Origin: Candidatus Latescibacterota bacterium
GTDB taxonomy: Bacteria > Latescibacterota > UBA2968
Length of the DNA stretch: 64,000 bases
Assembly: GCA_965208125.1 (NCBI GenBank)
Contig: OZ242320.1
Location: 4,128,001-4,192,000, forward strand
Direction of reading: 5' to 3'
In this document: positions 48,909 to 61,159 of the stretch, in pieces
How positions within the stretch are numbered: position 1 is the first letter of the stretch
How the letters are laid out: each line of letters begins with the position of its first letter
Notes under the pieces: generated by a model
Database searches by the model: none
What the model saw: the letters and a program-made list of their open reading frames with translations, nothing else
Told to the model about the DNA's origin: nothing
Translations under genes and position numbers: made by a program

Positions 48909-49940
48909 TTACTCTATGTTCTCCACAGCCTGACGGCGACGACGACGGGCAAGTTCGCGCAGATCGACAACCTCATCTGTTTCATCTACAATTTCACGTC
49001 CGATTATCTCTTCAAGCACGTCTTCCAGGGTCACCACACCAGCCAATCCACCGTATTCATCGATCACGACAAACAGATGTTGCCTGCGCTCAAGAAACAT
49101 GCGCAACACCCGATCCAATGTCAGCGTTTCTACCACAAAGTGCGCGCCTCGCGAGAGACTTTGAATGGGAATATCTTCGCGACCTTCGGCAGCCGACGAC
49201 AAAATATCCCGACGATACACGATCCCAACGACATCTTCAGCATCTTCATCTACTATGGGAATGCGACTATACGATGGAACACCAATTTGCAACACCTCAT
49301 TTACTTTTTGCTGGGCTTGAAGCGAATAAATGACCGTGCGCGGTGTCATTATTTCCTGAACTGTTTTCTCTTTTAACAATAGAATATTCTGAATGGCACT
49401 GCCTTCTTCTGCATTAATGGTTCCCGCATGGCGCCCCATATTTACCAATGCTATGAGTTCCTCTGAAGATACGACATGTTCAACTTTACCATGAGATATT
49501 AGCCGCGTCACAAATTGGCACAGCCAGATAATCGGTGCTTGTATCCAGATCAAGAACTGGATGGGATAGGCAATCATGGACACAAGATGCCGGGCATAAA
49601 CCACGCCAATTGTCTTTGGAATAATCTCAGAAAATAAAAGTATCACCAGGGTAAATACCACTGAAAAATGCGGCAACCACGGCTCACCCAGAACTTCTGC
49701 AGCTGCCGCTCCAGCAAGGGCGGCGCCACCCGTATGTGCAATTGTGTTAAGGGATAGGATACCCGCAATAGGCACATCTACATTTTCTCTAAACTTTTTC
49801 AATAACCGGCCAGAAACACTGCCAGTTTTTGCCAGCGATTCGATATGACCAATAGGAACTGAATACAATGCCGCTTCAAAAAGTGAACACATAAAAGAAA
49901 AGAAAACGGCAAAACTCGCAAAAAAGATCAATTCAAACAT
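48909..49940 (-). CDS. CNNM/DUF21 + CBS domain membrane protein (TlyC/CorB family)
   Basis: S..EAALYS, SEIIPK, IMTPR, YSRIP and DEYGG..G.VTLED.LEEI.G.EI.DETD. Confidence 0.92.
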   Translation of the reverse strand: MFELIFFASFAVFFSFMCSLFEAALYSVPIGHIESLAKTGSVSGRLLKKFRENVDVPIAGILSLNTIAHTGGAALAGAAAAEVLGEPWLPHFSVVFTLVILLFSEIIPKTIGVVYARHLVSMIAYPIQFLIWIQAPIIWLCQFVTRLISHGKVEHVVSSEELIALVNMGRHAGTINAEEGSAIQNILLLKEKTVQEIMTPRTVIYSLQAQQKVNEVLQIGVPSYSRIPIVDEDAEDVVGIVYRRDILSSAAEGREDIPIQSLSRGAHFVVETLTLDRVLRMFLERRQHLFVVIDEYGGLAGVVTLEDVLEEIIGREIVDETDEVVDLRELARRRRRQAVENIE

Positions 49941-50189
49941 CGGATTACTCCTCTCTGTTTAAAATGATTCAGCATATGCCTTTTCAGGCCAATTCTTTAT
50001 CTGGAGTCAGATTTTCCAGAATAATCTGTAAGGTTCGAATCTACTTCGATTTGGCTGTTTTATCATAACAATATAGTTTCCAATACCGGTCATTTCCAGC
50101 GAAACTTTCTCTATGCCCAAGAACAAATCGGTCACATGGACCAACACGACGCGAAGTTGAATTACCCAAGCCAAATTCCCCTTGCCTGA

Positions 50190-52418
<2,229 letters not shown>

Positions 52419-52435
52419 TAGAAGGAGAGTGTCAT

Positions 52436-52735
52436 ATGTATTTCGTAGTCTTCGCGACTCACAAAGAAGAAATGGGACAGGAACGGCTCCAATTGCAGGA
52501 TGCATTTGCGGCCTACCTTCACGATCCCACCCAACATCCCGATGTGACCGTTCATCATGGTGGGCAGACGCTCAGCGAGAGTGAACAGATCGTTACCGGC
52601 TTCGTCCTCGTGATCGAAGCTCCCTCGCTCGAGGGGGCGCAGGCATTTGTCGCTGGCAGTCCCTATGCTCAGGCGGGCACCTTTGCCGAGTCTCACATCC
52701 GCCCATGGAACTGGTTGACGGGACGCCCTGGCTGA
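52436..52735 (+). CDS. YciI-family protein
   Basis: GG..L......G....IEA.SLE.A.AFV...PY..AG.F....IRPW; AAGGAG RBS before ATG 52436. Confidence 0.75.
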   Translation: MYFVVFATHKEEMGQERLQLQDAFAAYLHDPTQHPDVTVHHGGQTLSESEQIVTGFVLVIEAPSLEGAQAFVAGSPYAQAGTFAESHIRPWNWLTGRPG

Positions 52736-52810
52736 GCGCGTTGCTGCACCGCCCAAATATCTCTGGGCGTGAGGATCACAAGGTGTGCGTAGGCTGGCCA
52801 AGGAGGTATC

Positions 52811-54571
52811 ATGAGCAACCGTCACGAGCAACGCGCTCCTGACGTTCAATACGAACCCGACGAGAATCCTCCCGCGCTTGTGTCTCTGGGCAGCGGCCTG
52901 CAACTGGTGGTCCTCGGCATAACAAGCATCATCTTTATCCCCACAATCGTCGTCAGAGCCAGCGGCGGAACCGATGCGTACCTGTCCTGGACCGTGTTCG
53001 GCGCGGTCGCTGTCAGTGGCATTTGCACGGCTCTGCAAGCGGTCAGGCTGAGCCGGGTCGGAGCGGGATACCTGCTCTTTATGGGGCCCGCCGGAGCCTA
53101 TATCGGAGTCTGCGTCAGCGCCCTCATCGAGGGCGGTCCAGCGCTGCTCGCTACCCTGGTCGTCGCATCGTCGCTCGTCCCGATCGTGATTTCGATGCGA
53201 CTGGCCCTGTTCAGGCGGCTTCTCACACCGACCATCGTCGGTACCGTGAACATGCTAATACCTGCGACCGTGCTGCCGGTCGTATTCAGTCGCCTGGCCG
53301 ACGCGCCGCCCGACACGGCGCTCAGTGCGCCGCTCACTGCGATAGCGACGGGTCTGGTCATCGGAGGCATCTCTCTGAAGGCGGGGGCAACGCTGCGTTT
53401 ATGGGCACCGCTCATCGGGGTGATTGTGGGTTCGGTTTTTGGCGGAACGATGGGACTCTATGACCTCGACCTGGTTGTCCGGGCTCCGTGGATCGGATTG
53501 CCACAGGGCAACTGGCCGGGTATCGGACTCGACCTCGGTCCTGCCTTCGTGGGACTTCTGCCTGCCTTCGCATTCGTGGCCCTCATCGGTGCCATCCAGA
53601 CGATTACCGGTGCGGTCGCCATCCAGCGCGTGTCGTGGCGCCGGCCGCGGGCTGTGGACTACCGCGCGGTGGAGGGCGCGGTGACGGCGGACGGCATCGG
53701 CAAACTCCTATCGGGCATCACGGGGATTGTGCCGACTCAGACCATCGGAGTCAGCGTCCCGACGGTAGAGCTTACGGGGGTCGCGGCCCGCCACGTGGGA
53801 ATCATTGCCGCTGGCGTGCTGATTGTGCTGGCGTTCCTGCCCAAGGCACTTGCCATGATACTGGCGATACCCAGCCCGGTCGTCGTCGCCTATCTGACCG
53901 TCGTGCTGGCACTGACCTTTGTCCGTGGGATGACGGAGGTGGTACAGGACGGGATTGATCATCGCAAGGCACTGATTGCCGGTGTCTCCTTCTGGGTTGG
54001 CGTCGGCTGCCAGAACGATCTCTTATTCCCCGAGCTTCTCGCGGAGTTGGGGGGCGGTCTGCTGGGGAACGGCATAACGGCCGGGGGAATCATGGCGATT
54101 CTCATGACCCTGTTTCTGGAAGTGACGGCGCCCCGCCGCAGCCGGATTGAAGTGGAGCTCGATCTGTCCGTGTTGCCTGAGATCAGGGCGTTCCTCAATG
54201 CGTTCGCATCCCGCAACGGCTGGGGGGCGAAGATGGTCGATCGTCTCGACGCAGCCAGCGAGGAGACGTTGCTGTCGCTGATCGGGCAGGACGAGGGCCG
54301 GGAGAAACGCGAGCAGCGGCGCCTTCTCGTGAAGGCGCGCAAGGAGAGCGGCGATGCTGTCCTCGAGTTCATTGCCGCGGTGGGCGAGGAGAACGTTCAG
54401 GACCGGATCGGATTGCTGGCGGACCGGCCCGATGACGTGCTGATGGAGCGGGAAGTCTCGCTACGGCTGTTGCGGCACATCGCGTCCTCTGTTCGCCACC
54501 AGCAATTCCACGACACGGATATCGTGACTGTCCAGGTAAAAGTTCCGGAAACGGGCGATGGGAATCGTTAA
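52811..54571 (+). CDS. NCS2 (xanthine/uracil) permease with a C-terminal RsbW/HATPase-like domain
   Basis: YEPDE.PP..., LG.GLQ, SG..T.LQ, LTGVAAR..G, F.PK and IP.PV. The soluble tail of about 150 aa begins SRIEVELDLSVLPEIRAFL...DAASEETL. Confidence 0.8.
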   Translation: MSNRHEQRAPDVQYEPDENPPALVSLGSGLQLVVLGITSIIFIPTIVVRASGGTDAYLSWTVFGAVAVSGICTALQAVRLSRVGAGYLLFMGPAGAYIGVCVSALIEGGPALLATLVVASSLVPIVISMRLALFRRLLTPTIVGTVNMLIPATVLPVVFSRLADAPPDTALSAPLTAIATGLVIGGISLKAGATLRLWAPLIGVIVGSVFGGTMGLYDLDLVVRAPWIGLPQGNWPGIGLDLGPAFVGLLPAFAFVALIGAIQTITGAVAIQRVSWRRPRAVDYRAVEGAVTADGIGKLLSGITGIVPTQTIGVSVPTVELTGVAARHVGIIAAGVLIVLAFLPKALAMILAIPSPVVVAYLTVVLALTFVRGMTEVVQDGIDHRKALIAGVSFWVGVGCQNDLLFPELLAELGGGLLGNGITAGGIMAILMTLFLEVTAPRRSRIEVELDLSVLPEIRAFLNAFASRNGWGAKMVDRLDAASEETLLSLIGQDEGREKREQRRLLVKARKESGDAVLEFIAAVGEENVQDRIGLLADRPDDVLMEREVSLRLLRHIASSVRHQQFHDTDIVTVQVKVPETGDGNR

Positions 54572-54586
54572 ATAGGCAGGAAGCAT

Positions 54587-55204
54587 TTGAAACATGAAGA
54601 AGCGTTCGAGAGGGCCTGGACCGATCCAGGCAACACCCGAATCGAGCTGTCTCCGGTTGACATCAACCTGGTGCTCGCCCAGTATTACCGCACGAATAAA
54701 CCGCTCGAGTTTACCCGGACCATGTTGTGGGACATGGAGGTGAAAAAGGCGTTCCGACCCGATCTCTATATTCCTTCTGTTGTAACGGCGGGCAGCTCCC
54801 ACTATTGGCGCCAGCAAGCGACGGCCGACGGAGCCGATTCCTTCGTGCGATGCTCGCGGCAGCGCCTCTGGCTCAAGCCGTCAGAGCACGGGTTGGTCCT
54901 CGAACAGGTCCTCCTTAACCCTGCGCGGCAGAGTGCCACTTTCATCGGGGCAGCGGAACTCCTCGACAAGGACGGGAACTTGCTTCGAGCAGGCGAAGGA
55001 CAGCCTCTCTTTCACGTTGAGCATTCTGTCAATGGTGACGAATTGCGACCTCTGAACCTGTGGCGCATCGTTTACCTCACGGACAGACCCGAGCAGAAAC
55101 TGATCAAGCGGTTCACGCTTGTGAAGGATGTGTGGCTACGTGAGTTCGTCGAAATCTATATCCGGCGGGACTTGAAGATCGAGTTGACCCGGAGGAATGT
55201 CTGA
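54587..55204 (+). CDS. Hypothetical protein, possibly SRPBCC/DUF1857-like
   Basis: FTRTMLWDMEVKKAFRPDLYIP resembles the DUF1857 N-terminal pattern; TTG start. Confidence 0.45.
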   Translation: MKHEEAFERAWTDPGNTRIELSPVDINLVLAQYYRTNKPLEFTRTMLWDMEVKKAFRPDLYIPSVVTAGSSHYWRQQATADGADSFVRCSRQRLWLKPSEHGLVLEQVLLNPARQSATFIGAAELLDKDGNLLRAGEGQPLFHVEHSVNGDELRPLNLWRIVYLTDRPEQKLIKRFTLVKDVWLREFVEIYIRRDLKIELTRRNV

Positions 55205-55247
55205 TGAGAGAACCACCCACCGAGAAGCCTATAGGGGAGCCGCTCTG

Positions 55248-56162
55248 ATGAAGATCCAGGACATCCGGCACGTGGGGTTGCTGTCACCGGCGGTCGCGAC
55301 CCATGCCAGATTCTACCTCGAGGTGTGGGGACTCCGATCGGCCGGAGAAGACCGGCACGCACGATATCTCTGCGGAGCGTTGACCGAGCACCACATTCTC
55401 AGCCTGCATCCGGCCGACCGGTGCGGGCTCCACCACTTAGCTTTCAGCGTTGACGGACGCGCCGCAGTTGACGTAGCGGCAACCGAACTCGAACGGCGGG
55501 GAGCTACCCTCGTGGCGTATCCGGCCGACCTGGACGAACCCGGCGGCGGATACGGGTTTCGGTTTCTCGACCCCGAAAACCGCTGCATCGAGCTATCGAC
55601 CGGCGTGGTCGAACACCCGAACGGATGGTCTGCCAGGAAAGTCGGCCCCCGCCGGCTATGCCATGTGGGTCTCAACACTCGGTGGTTCGAGCAAACCGTG
55701 GCGTTCTACACCGAAATTCTCGGGTTTCGGGTCTCGGACTGGATTGAGAACCAGATGGTCTTCCTGCGATGCGACCGGAGACATCACGTCATTGTCTTCA
55801 ATCGTGCAGATTACGCATCGGTCAACCATGTTGCGTACGTGATGGCGAACGTAGATGACGTGATGAAAGGGGTCTCCAACCTGCGTGCCCGAGGGCAGGA
55901 ACCCGACTGGGGACCGGGACGCCACGGCCCGGGCAACAACATCTTCTGCTACTACAAGGATCCGGCTGGATACGTGAACGAATTCTCCAGCGACATAGAC
56001 TATATCGAAGACGACACAACGCACAAACCCGCGGTGTGGAGACGGGTGCCGGAAACTACGGACCTCTGGGGTACGGCAGGGCCGCCCAGTCCCGACGTTA
56101 GGAAGGCGATGGCCGGCGACCCTGATCCAGGCTGGGCTGTGAAGGACATCAACGCGGATTGA
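55248..56162 (+). CDS. Extradiol ring-cleavage dioxygenase (two-domain VOC)
   Basis: LCHVGL, FLRC..RHH, NHVAY, WGPGRHGPGNNIFCYYKDPAG..E. Confidence 0.9.
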   Translation: MKIQDIRHVGLLSPAVATHARFYLEVWGLRSAGEDRHARYLCGALTEHHILSLHPADRCGLHHLAFSVDGRAAVDVAATELERRGATLVAYPADLDEPGGGYGFRFLDPENRCIELSTGVVEHPNGWSARKVGPRRLCHVGLNTRWFEQTVAFYTEILGFRVSDWIENQMVFLRCDRRHHVIVFNRADYASVNHVAYVMANVDDVMKGVSNLRARGQEPDWGPGRHGPGNNIFCYYKDPAGYVNEFSSDIDYIEDDTTHKPAVWRRVPETTDLWGTAGPPSPDVRKAMAGDPDPGWAVKDINAD

Positions 56163-56181
56163 TAGGGAAATCGCCGCAGTG

Positions 56182-56222
56182 TTTAGGGGGAGGACACCAG
56201 CATTCGGTGTCCTCCCCCTAAA
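56182..56222. terminator. Perfect 17-bp inverted repeat (terminator or REP-like)
   Basis: TTTAGGGGGAGGACACC-AGCATTC-GGTGTCCTCCCCCTAAA; no clear U-tract. Confidence 0.55.
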
Positions 56223-56247
56223 TTATTAACCGGATGGGAGTGATGCG

Positions 56248-57315
56248 ATGAGTGAACAACAACTTTTTCAGGAACGAGTAGTCAAGGTCGAGCGACCAGA
56301 GCACCACTTTGTGCTTCTGATCGCGACCGACGGCGCTATGCTTGGATTGGAGGATGGGGGTGATCTCGCCTTGTTTGATGAGGCGGATGACCGCGTGATC
56401 TGGGACCGCACGGCGGATGGCGTGAGGCCTGTGGCGTCAGGGAAGAAACTCGCTGTAGAAATCGATGACACAACCTGCGTGTTGTCGGTTGGCGAGGAGG
56501 AGATGACATTCACCGTCAGCCATGGCCCGGAGAAGCTGCCGTCTGAATATCTCGAGCATCTGCAACGCGAAGGCTGGGTGTGCCTGACCTGTATTCTGCC
56601 ACCAGAAGTCGTGGAGGATCTGGAGCGCGTCGCCGGTACAGATCGTTACGAACATTTGGAGGCGAACAACGAGATACCCAAGGTCTGTCAGAGTGTCGCT
56701 GTTGGCAGGGCGATCACGGAGCCCGTCTCCATCTGGCTGGCCAGGCAGTATATGCAGGCCCGGGACTTACATCTGGGGCATCCGCCGGGCTTTAGAGTGC
56801 TGGACCCGGACGATGGCAAAAGCAAACTTGGTGGTTGGCATTCTGATTTTCCCTATACGGCGTCAACCGGTGGGGACGAGATTGCCTACCGCAAAGAACC
56901 TGTCAAGGCCATGCAGCGCAATGTTTGTGTTTCTGACTTCACTAAGATTCGCGGTGCGACAGCATTCAAACTTGGCTCGCATCTGTCAGACACACCGCCA
57001 CCGCCTGAGTGGAACAATACGCAAGAGGGGCGTGTGCCCTATAGCGGTCCTGAAGCGGATGTGGTGGAAGCGCCCGGCGGTAGCGTCATTCTCTACGATG
57101 CCAGAATGTGGCATCGGGCGGGTATCAACCGCAGCCAGCAGAAAAGAGCCGCAATGCTGCAATCGTTCCAGGTGCCGGGTGTGATGCCCAAGACGGATAC
57201 CCGAAACGCCTATAAGCTCCTCGTGGAGAGTCCTGTTTATAACGAACTGAATGCGAGGGAAAAGCGGGAAATAACGGATCTTTTAACCAATCAGCCAGCA
57301 ATCGCTGGCTCATAA
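56248..57315 (+). CDS. PhyH-family dioxygenase with an N-terminal extension
   Basis: EGWVCL, WHSD, DFT...GAT...GSH and APGGS....D..WH..G.N.S...R. Confidence 0.85.
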   Translation: MSEQQLFQERVVKVERPEHHFVLLIATDGAMLGLEDGGDLALFDEADDRVIWDRTADGVRPVASGKKLAVEIDDTTCVLSVGEEEMTFTVSHGPEKLPSEYLEHLQREGWVCLTCILPPEVVEDLERVAGTDRYEHLEANNEIPKVCQSVAVGRAITEPVSIWLARQYMQARDLHLGHPPGFRVLDPDDGKSKLGGWHSDFPYTASTGGDEIAYRKEPVKAMQRNVCVSDFTKIRGATAFKLGSHLSDTPPPPEWNNTQEGRVPYSGPEADVVEAPGGSVILYDARMWHRAGINRSQQKRAAMLQSFQVPGVMPKTDTRNAYKLLVESPVYNELNAREKREITDLLTNQPAIAGS

Positions 57316-57329
57316 CCTGAGGACACATT

Positions 57330-58163
57330 ATGCAAGTAGGAATTATGTCAGGTCAAATTGCTCGGCCGACCCTGGAGGAAACACTCGACGCCATACTTGG
57401 GCACGACATCAGGCATCTTCAATTCAATTTGGGATCCCTGAATGTGGAGGGTTCGCTATCTGATAAACTCGCAAAGGCACCTGTGGTTCGGGTGGAGATC
57501 GAAAAGCGCGGCATGGTCATCGCTGCCCTGGCTGGCACGGTCAATATGGTTCATCCCGATGAAGAAAAACGCCAGGAAGCTATCGAGCATCTCAAATTGC
57601 TTATTCCGGCGTGTGCCCCGATGGGTACCTCGGTGATTGCCACCTGTACCGGATCGCGCGATTCAGAGAGCATGTGGCGCTGGCACCCGGATAACGATAC
57701 AGAAGAAGCCTGGCAGGTGCTACGCAATACCCTGGAACAGGTACTGCCGGTTGCCGAAGCAGCTGGCGTGATCCTTGCGTTTGAACCAGAGATAAACAAC
57801 GTTGCCAGCACAGTGCATAAGAGTCGGCAACTGATTGATGAAATGGATTCACCAAACCTGAAAGTCGTGATGGATGCCGCCAACATTTTTGGCAAAGATG
57901 ACCTGTCTCGCATGAGAGAGGTATTAGACGAGGCTTTCGAGCTTTTGGGCGACCACATTGCCATGGCCCATGGCAAAGATCTGGATCGCGGTGGTGATGC
58001 CGGACATCTCGCCGCTGGTACCGGCAAGCTCGATTACGCCCATTATGTGTCGTTGCTCTGTGGACTTCCCTTTGACGTGTCGGTCATTCTGCACGGCCTT
58101 TCCGAAGATCAGGTGGATGCCAGTGTCGCCATGCTCCGGCGTCACGCTGAAGCACATCAGTAA
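57330..58163 (+). CDS. Sugar phosphate isomerase/epimerase (xylose-isomerase-like TIM barrel)
   Basis: LAFEPE, VMDAAN, AHGKD and G.G.LDY. Confidence 0.88.
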   Translation: MQVGIMSGQIARPTLEETLDAILGHDIRHLQFNLGSLNVEGSLSDKLAKAPVVRVEIEKRGMVIAALAGTVNMVHPDEEKRQEAIEHLKLLIPACAPMGTSVIATCTGSRDSESMWRWHPDNDTEEAWQVLRNTLEQVLPVAEAAGVILAFEPEINNVASTVHKSRQLIDEMDSPNLKVVMDAANIFGKDDLSRMREVLDEAFELLGDHIAMAHGKDLDRGGDAGHLAAGTGKLDYAHYVSLLCGLPFDVSVILHGLSEDQVDASVAMLRRHAEAHQ

Positions 58164-58175
58164 GGGATTAACGAT

Positions 58176-59378
58176 ATGAAAGCTAAAGTCGCCATTCTGG
58201 GTTGTGGAAGGGCGTCACAAAAATGGCACCTGCCGACAATGCACACGCTCGCCAAACACGGCGAACTCGATTTTGTTGCGCTCTGCGATATGGATAAGTC
58301 GTTAGCGAAACAGACCGGAGAAATCTACGGTGTTCCGTGGTACACCAGTGTCGAGGAGATGCTGGAAAAACACCCGGACATCATGGCCGTAGATGTCATC
58401 ACCAGCGACCCAACACACCATGTGCTTGGCAGGCTGATCGCAGAGCACGGCAAACACGTCATGGTGGAAAAGCCGATGGCGCTGACCTTGCCCTGTTGCG
58501 ACATTATCATCGATGCCTGCCGCCGTAACGGCGTGCATTTTGAGGTGGCGGAAAATTATTTTCGTATGCCAAAGCAACGGATGATTATCAAGCTCATCGA
58601 AGAGGGGATTCTGGGCGATATCATTCGCGTGTATTTCGTTGAGCCCAAGCGGCAGGATCCGTTTGAGACTACTGTTACTCACAGCGGTTTGGGCCGGCCT
58701 ATCTCTGGGTTTGGGCGCACTTCTGGCATGTGCATGGATATGGGGGCACACCGATTGTCACAGTTGCGTTTGTACGCGCAAAGCGAGCCTCAGCAGATTA
58801 CCGCGACGGTGAGAAAGTACCGGTCGGATCCCATGAGTATCCATGAAGACTGGGCGCATGCTATGATTGATTTTGAAAGCGGCGCAGTGGGTATTTATGA
58901 GACATCGCGCCTTGGTGAGGCACAGAAATACTGCCAGATTATCGGCACTCTTGGCGGTATTCTCGATACCGACTATTTCGGCCCGGAGATCCCCCTGCGT
59001 TTGCGCATCGGCGAAGAGATGCAGGACATTCCTGTCGAGACAGTACGGCGCAAAATCGACGGGGTGGATGTATTGCAGCGGATCGTCGTGCATACGGATC
59101 CCGAGATCGTCTATGAGAATCCGTTTCGGGACTATGCCATCGACGACTGGTGTGTCGGTCACGCTTCCGAGATTATGAGCATCGCGAATGCAGCGCTCAA
59201 CGACGAGCCTCCCGAATATGGTCTCGGCGGTCGCAAAGATGTTGAAATGGCCATGGCGATTTACGAATCATCCCTCAATGGCATGGCTCCGGTTAAGTTG
59301 CCCCTTGAGGACGTGACCTCCTACGAGCAGATGGTACACGAGGATTATCGCGAAAAGTTTGGCCGTCCCATTTTATGA
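58176..59378 (+). CDS. Gfo/Idh/MocA oxidoreductase
   Basis: AILGCG, GKHVMVEKPMA and DMGAH. Confidence 0.9.
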   Translation: MKAKVAILGCGRASQKWHLPTMHTLAKHGELDFVALCDMDKSLAKQTGEIYGVPWYTSVEEMLEKHPDIMAVDVITSDPTHHVLGRLIAEHGKHVMVEKPMALTLPCCDIIIDACRRNGVHFEVAENYFRMPKQRMIIKLIEEGILGDIIRVYFVEPKRQDPFETTVTHSGLGRPISGFGRTSGMCMDMGAHRLSQLRLYAQSEPQQITATVRKYRSDPMSIHEDWAHAMIDFESGAVGIYETSRLGEAQKYCQIIGTLGGILDTDYFGPEIPLRLRIGEEMQDIPVETVRRKIDGVDVLQRIVVHTDPEIVYENPFRDYAIDDWCVGHASEIMSIANAALNDEPPEYGLGGRKDVEMAMAIYESSLNGMAPVKLPLEDVTSYEQMVHEDYREKFGRPIL

Positions 59379-59414
59379 GACAACTTTTAGAAAAACCAGG
59401 AGAGGGAAACAAAC

Positions 59415-61139
59415 ATGCAGGAAGGCAATAGGCAGGAAATGGACGCGCTTTGGGGCGAAGATGTCATTGCACTGCGCGCTGAAAATGCAGAACGGGGGCA
59501 ACTCTTTAATGATGGCAATTACGCGATGTTTATCCACTGGGGTCCATATGCTCAACTTGCCAACAAAGTCGATGGCAAAACGTATTACGGCATTGGCGAA
59601 TGGATCATGAACCCGCGCATGGCCGATATTCCGGTCGAGGAATATATGGAAATGGCGAAAACCTTTAATCCCGTCAATTTTGATGCAACAGAAATAGCAC
59701 AACTGGCCAAAGACGCGGGCATGAAATACATTATTATCACCAGCAAGCACCACGATGGTTTTGCCATGTATCGCTCAGCTTGCAACGACTTTAATATTGG
59801 TGCAGTTACCCAGTTTAATCGCGACCCCATGAAAGAACTCGCCGGGGCCTGCAAAAAACTCGGTCTCGGATTTGGATTTTACTACTCTCATAATCAGGAC
59901 TGGACTTTTCCAGGTGGTGCAAACGGCCCAGACACAGATGCCGATGGCAACCCGGCCACCTTCGACGATTATTTTGTCAAAAAATGCCTGCCACAGGTCG
60001 AAGAAATCACCAGCCAGTACGGCCCCATCGAACTCATCTGGTTTGACACTCCCGGACAGATGCCCAAAAAGTACATTGAGCAACTCATCGAAGTCGTGCG
60101 AAAAAATCAACCCAATGCGCTCGTTTCAGGCCGCGCCGGGCACGGGCTGGGCGACTACAAGACGCTGGGTGATATGGATGTGCCATCCACCAATGTTGAA
60201 GGTATGTGGGAAAGTGTCGATACCACCAACGACTCCTGGGCTTTTGCCTGGTACGATGAGTACTGGAAAACACCCCGAGAAATTCTTCGCCGCCTGATCT
60301 CCTGTGTTGCCAGAGGTGGCACTTACATGCTCAACATAGGTCCCCGCGGTGACGGTTCAATACCCGAAAGAGCTGCCCGCACTTTACGTGCTGCTGGCGA
60401 GTGGATCAAGCGCTATCCCCAGGTCGTCTATGGCACCGATGCATCACCCTGGCAACAGGCCCTGCCCTGGGGAGATGTGACGGTAAAAGACAATACGCTC
60501 TTTCTCAGCATTTTCAACTGGCCTGCCTCTGGTACACTTTATCTGCCAGGCCTCAAAACAGAAATCGAATCTGCATCCCTCCTCGGTGGCGATCAATCTA
60601 TACCTTTTGAGAAAAAACACGGCTGGACCTGCTTTGAGCTATCGCCACAGGCACCCGAAAACCTGGTTTCCGTCCTTGAAGTCAAACTCAAAGGCACGCC
60701 GAAAGCCGATTCGACCTGGGCAATTGATCCCGAAATAGAGACCGAAATTTTTTCAGAAGCTGCGGCCGTTGAAAATGCCACATTGGCAAATCAACGCTGG
60801 ATGGAAAAATTTGGAGAATGGAAACACGTCAGCCGTATCTACAAATGGACGCCTGAAGGCAAAGCGACCTGGACGGTCAACGTTCTTGCGCCTGGAGACT
60901 ACATCGTGGATCTCACCTATTCAGGTGAAGGGCGTCTCGTCTGGGGGGTTACTATTGAAAATGGTGAACACATTCAAAATCAGCAAAATTCGTCGCATAA
61001 CTACCAGCGTTTTCCCATCGGCTGGATTAACTTTTCCGGGCCGGGTACTTACAAAATCAGCGTTTCCTGTCTCGAAGGCGATTTGAGCAAAGCCAGTCTA
61101 AAATCGATTCACTTCACGCCTGTTCACGATATTTGCTAA
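59415..61139 (+). CDS. Alpha-L-fucosidase (GH29)
   Basis: MFIHWG, GEWIM, AGMKYI..TSKHHDGF, IWFD and LNIGP. Confidence 0.92.
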   Translation: MQEGNRQEMDALWGEDVIALRAENAERGQLFNDGNYAMFIHWGPYAQLANKVDGKTYYGIGEWIMNPRMADIPVEEYMEMAKTFNPVNFDATEIAQLAKDAGMKYIIITSKHHDGFAMYRSACNDFNIGAVTQFNRDPMKELAGACKKLGLGFGFYYSHNQDWTFPGGANGPDTDADGNPATFDDYFVKKCLPQVEEITSQYGPIELIWFDTPGQMPKKYIEQLIEVVRKNQPNALVSGRAGHGLGDYKTLGDMDVPSTNVEGMWESVDTTNDSWAFAWYDEYWKTPREILRRLISCVARGGTYMLNIGPRGDGSIPERAARTLRAAGEWIKRYPQVVYGTDASPWQQALPWGDVTVKDNTLFLSIFNWPASGTLYLPGLKTEIESASLLGGDQSIPFEKKHGWTCFELSPQAPENLVSVLEVKLKGTPKADSTWAIDPEIETEIFSEAAAVENATLANQRWMEKFGEWKHVSRIYKWTPEGKATWTVNVLAPGDYIVDLTYSGEGRLVWGVTIENGEHIQNQQNSSHNYQRFPIGWINFSGPGTYKISVSCLEGDLSKASLKSIHFTPVHDIC

Positions 61140-61159
61140 ATCCATTGCAGGAGATACAG

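Noticed and set aside
59375-59398. Weak similarity to the start of sulfatase 62642 (CTTTTAGAAAAACCA vs CTTTAGAAAAAACCA)
   Set aside because: Too short and AT-rich to distinguish from chance.
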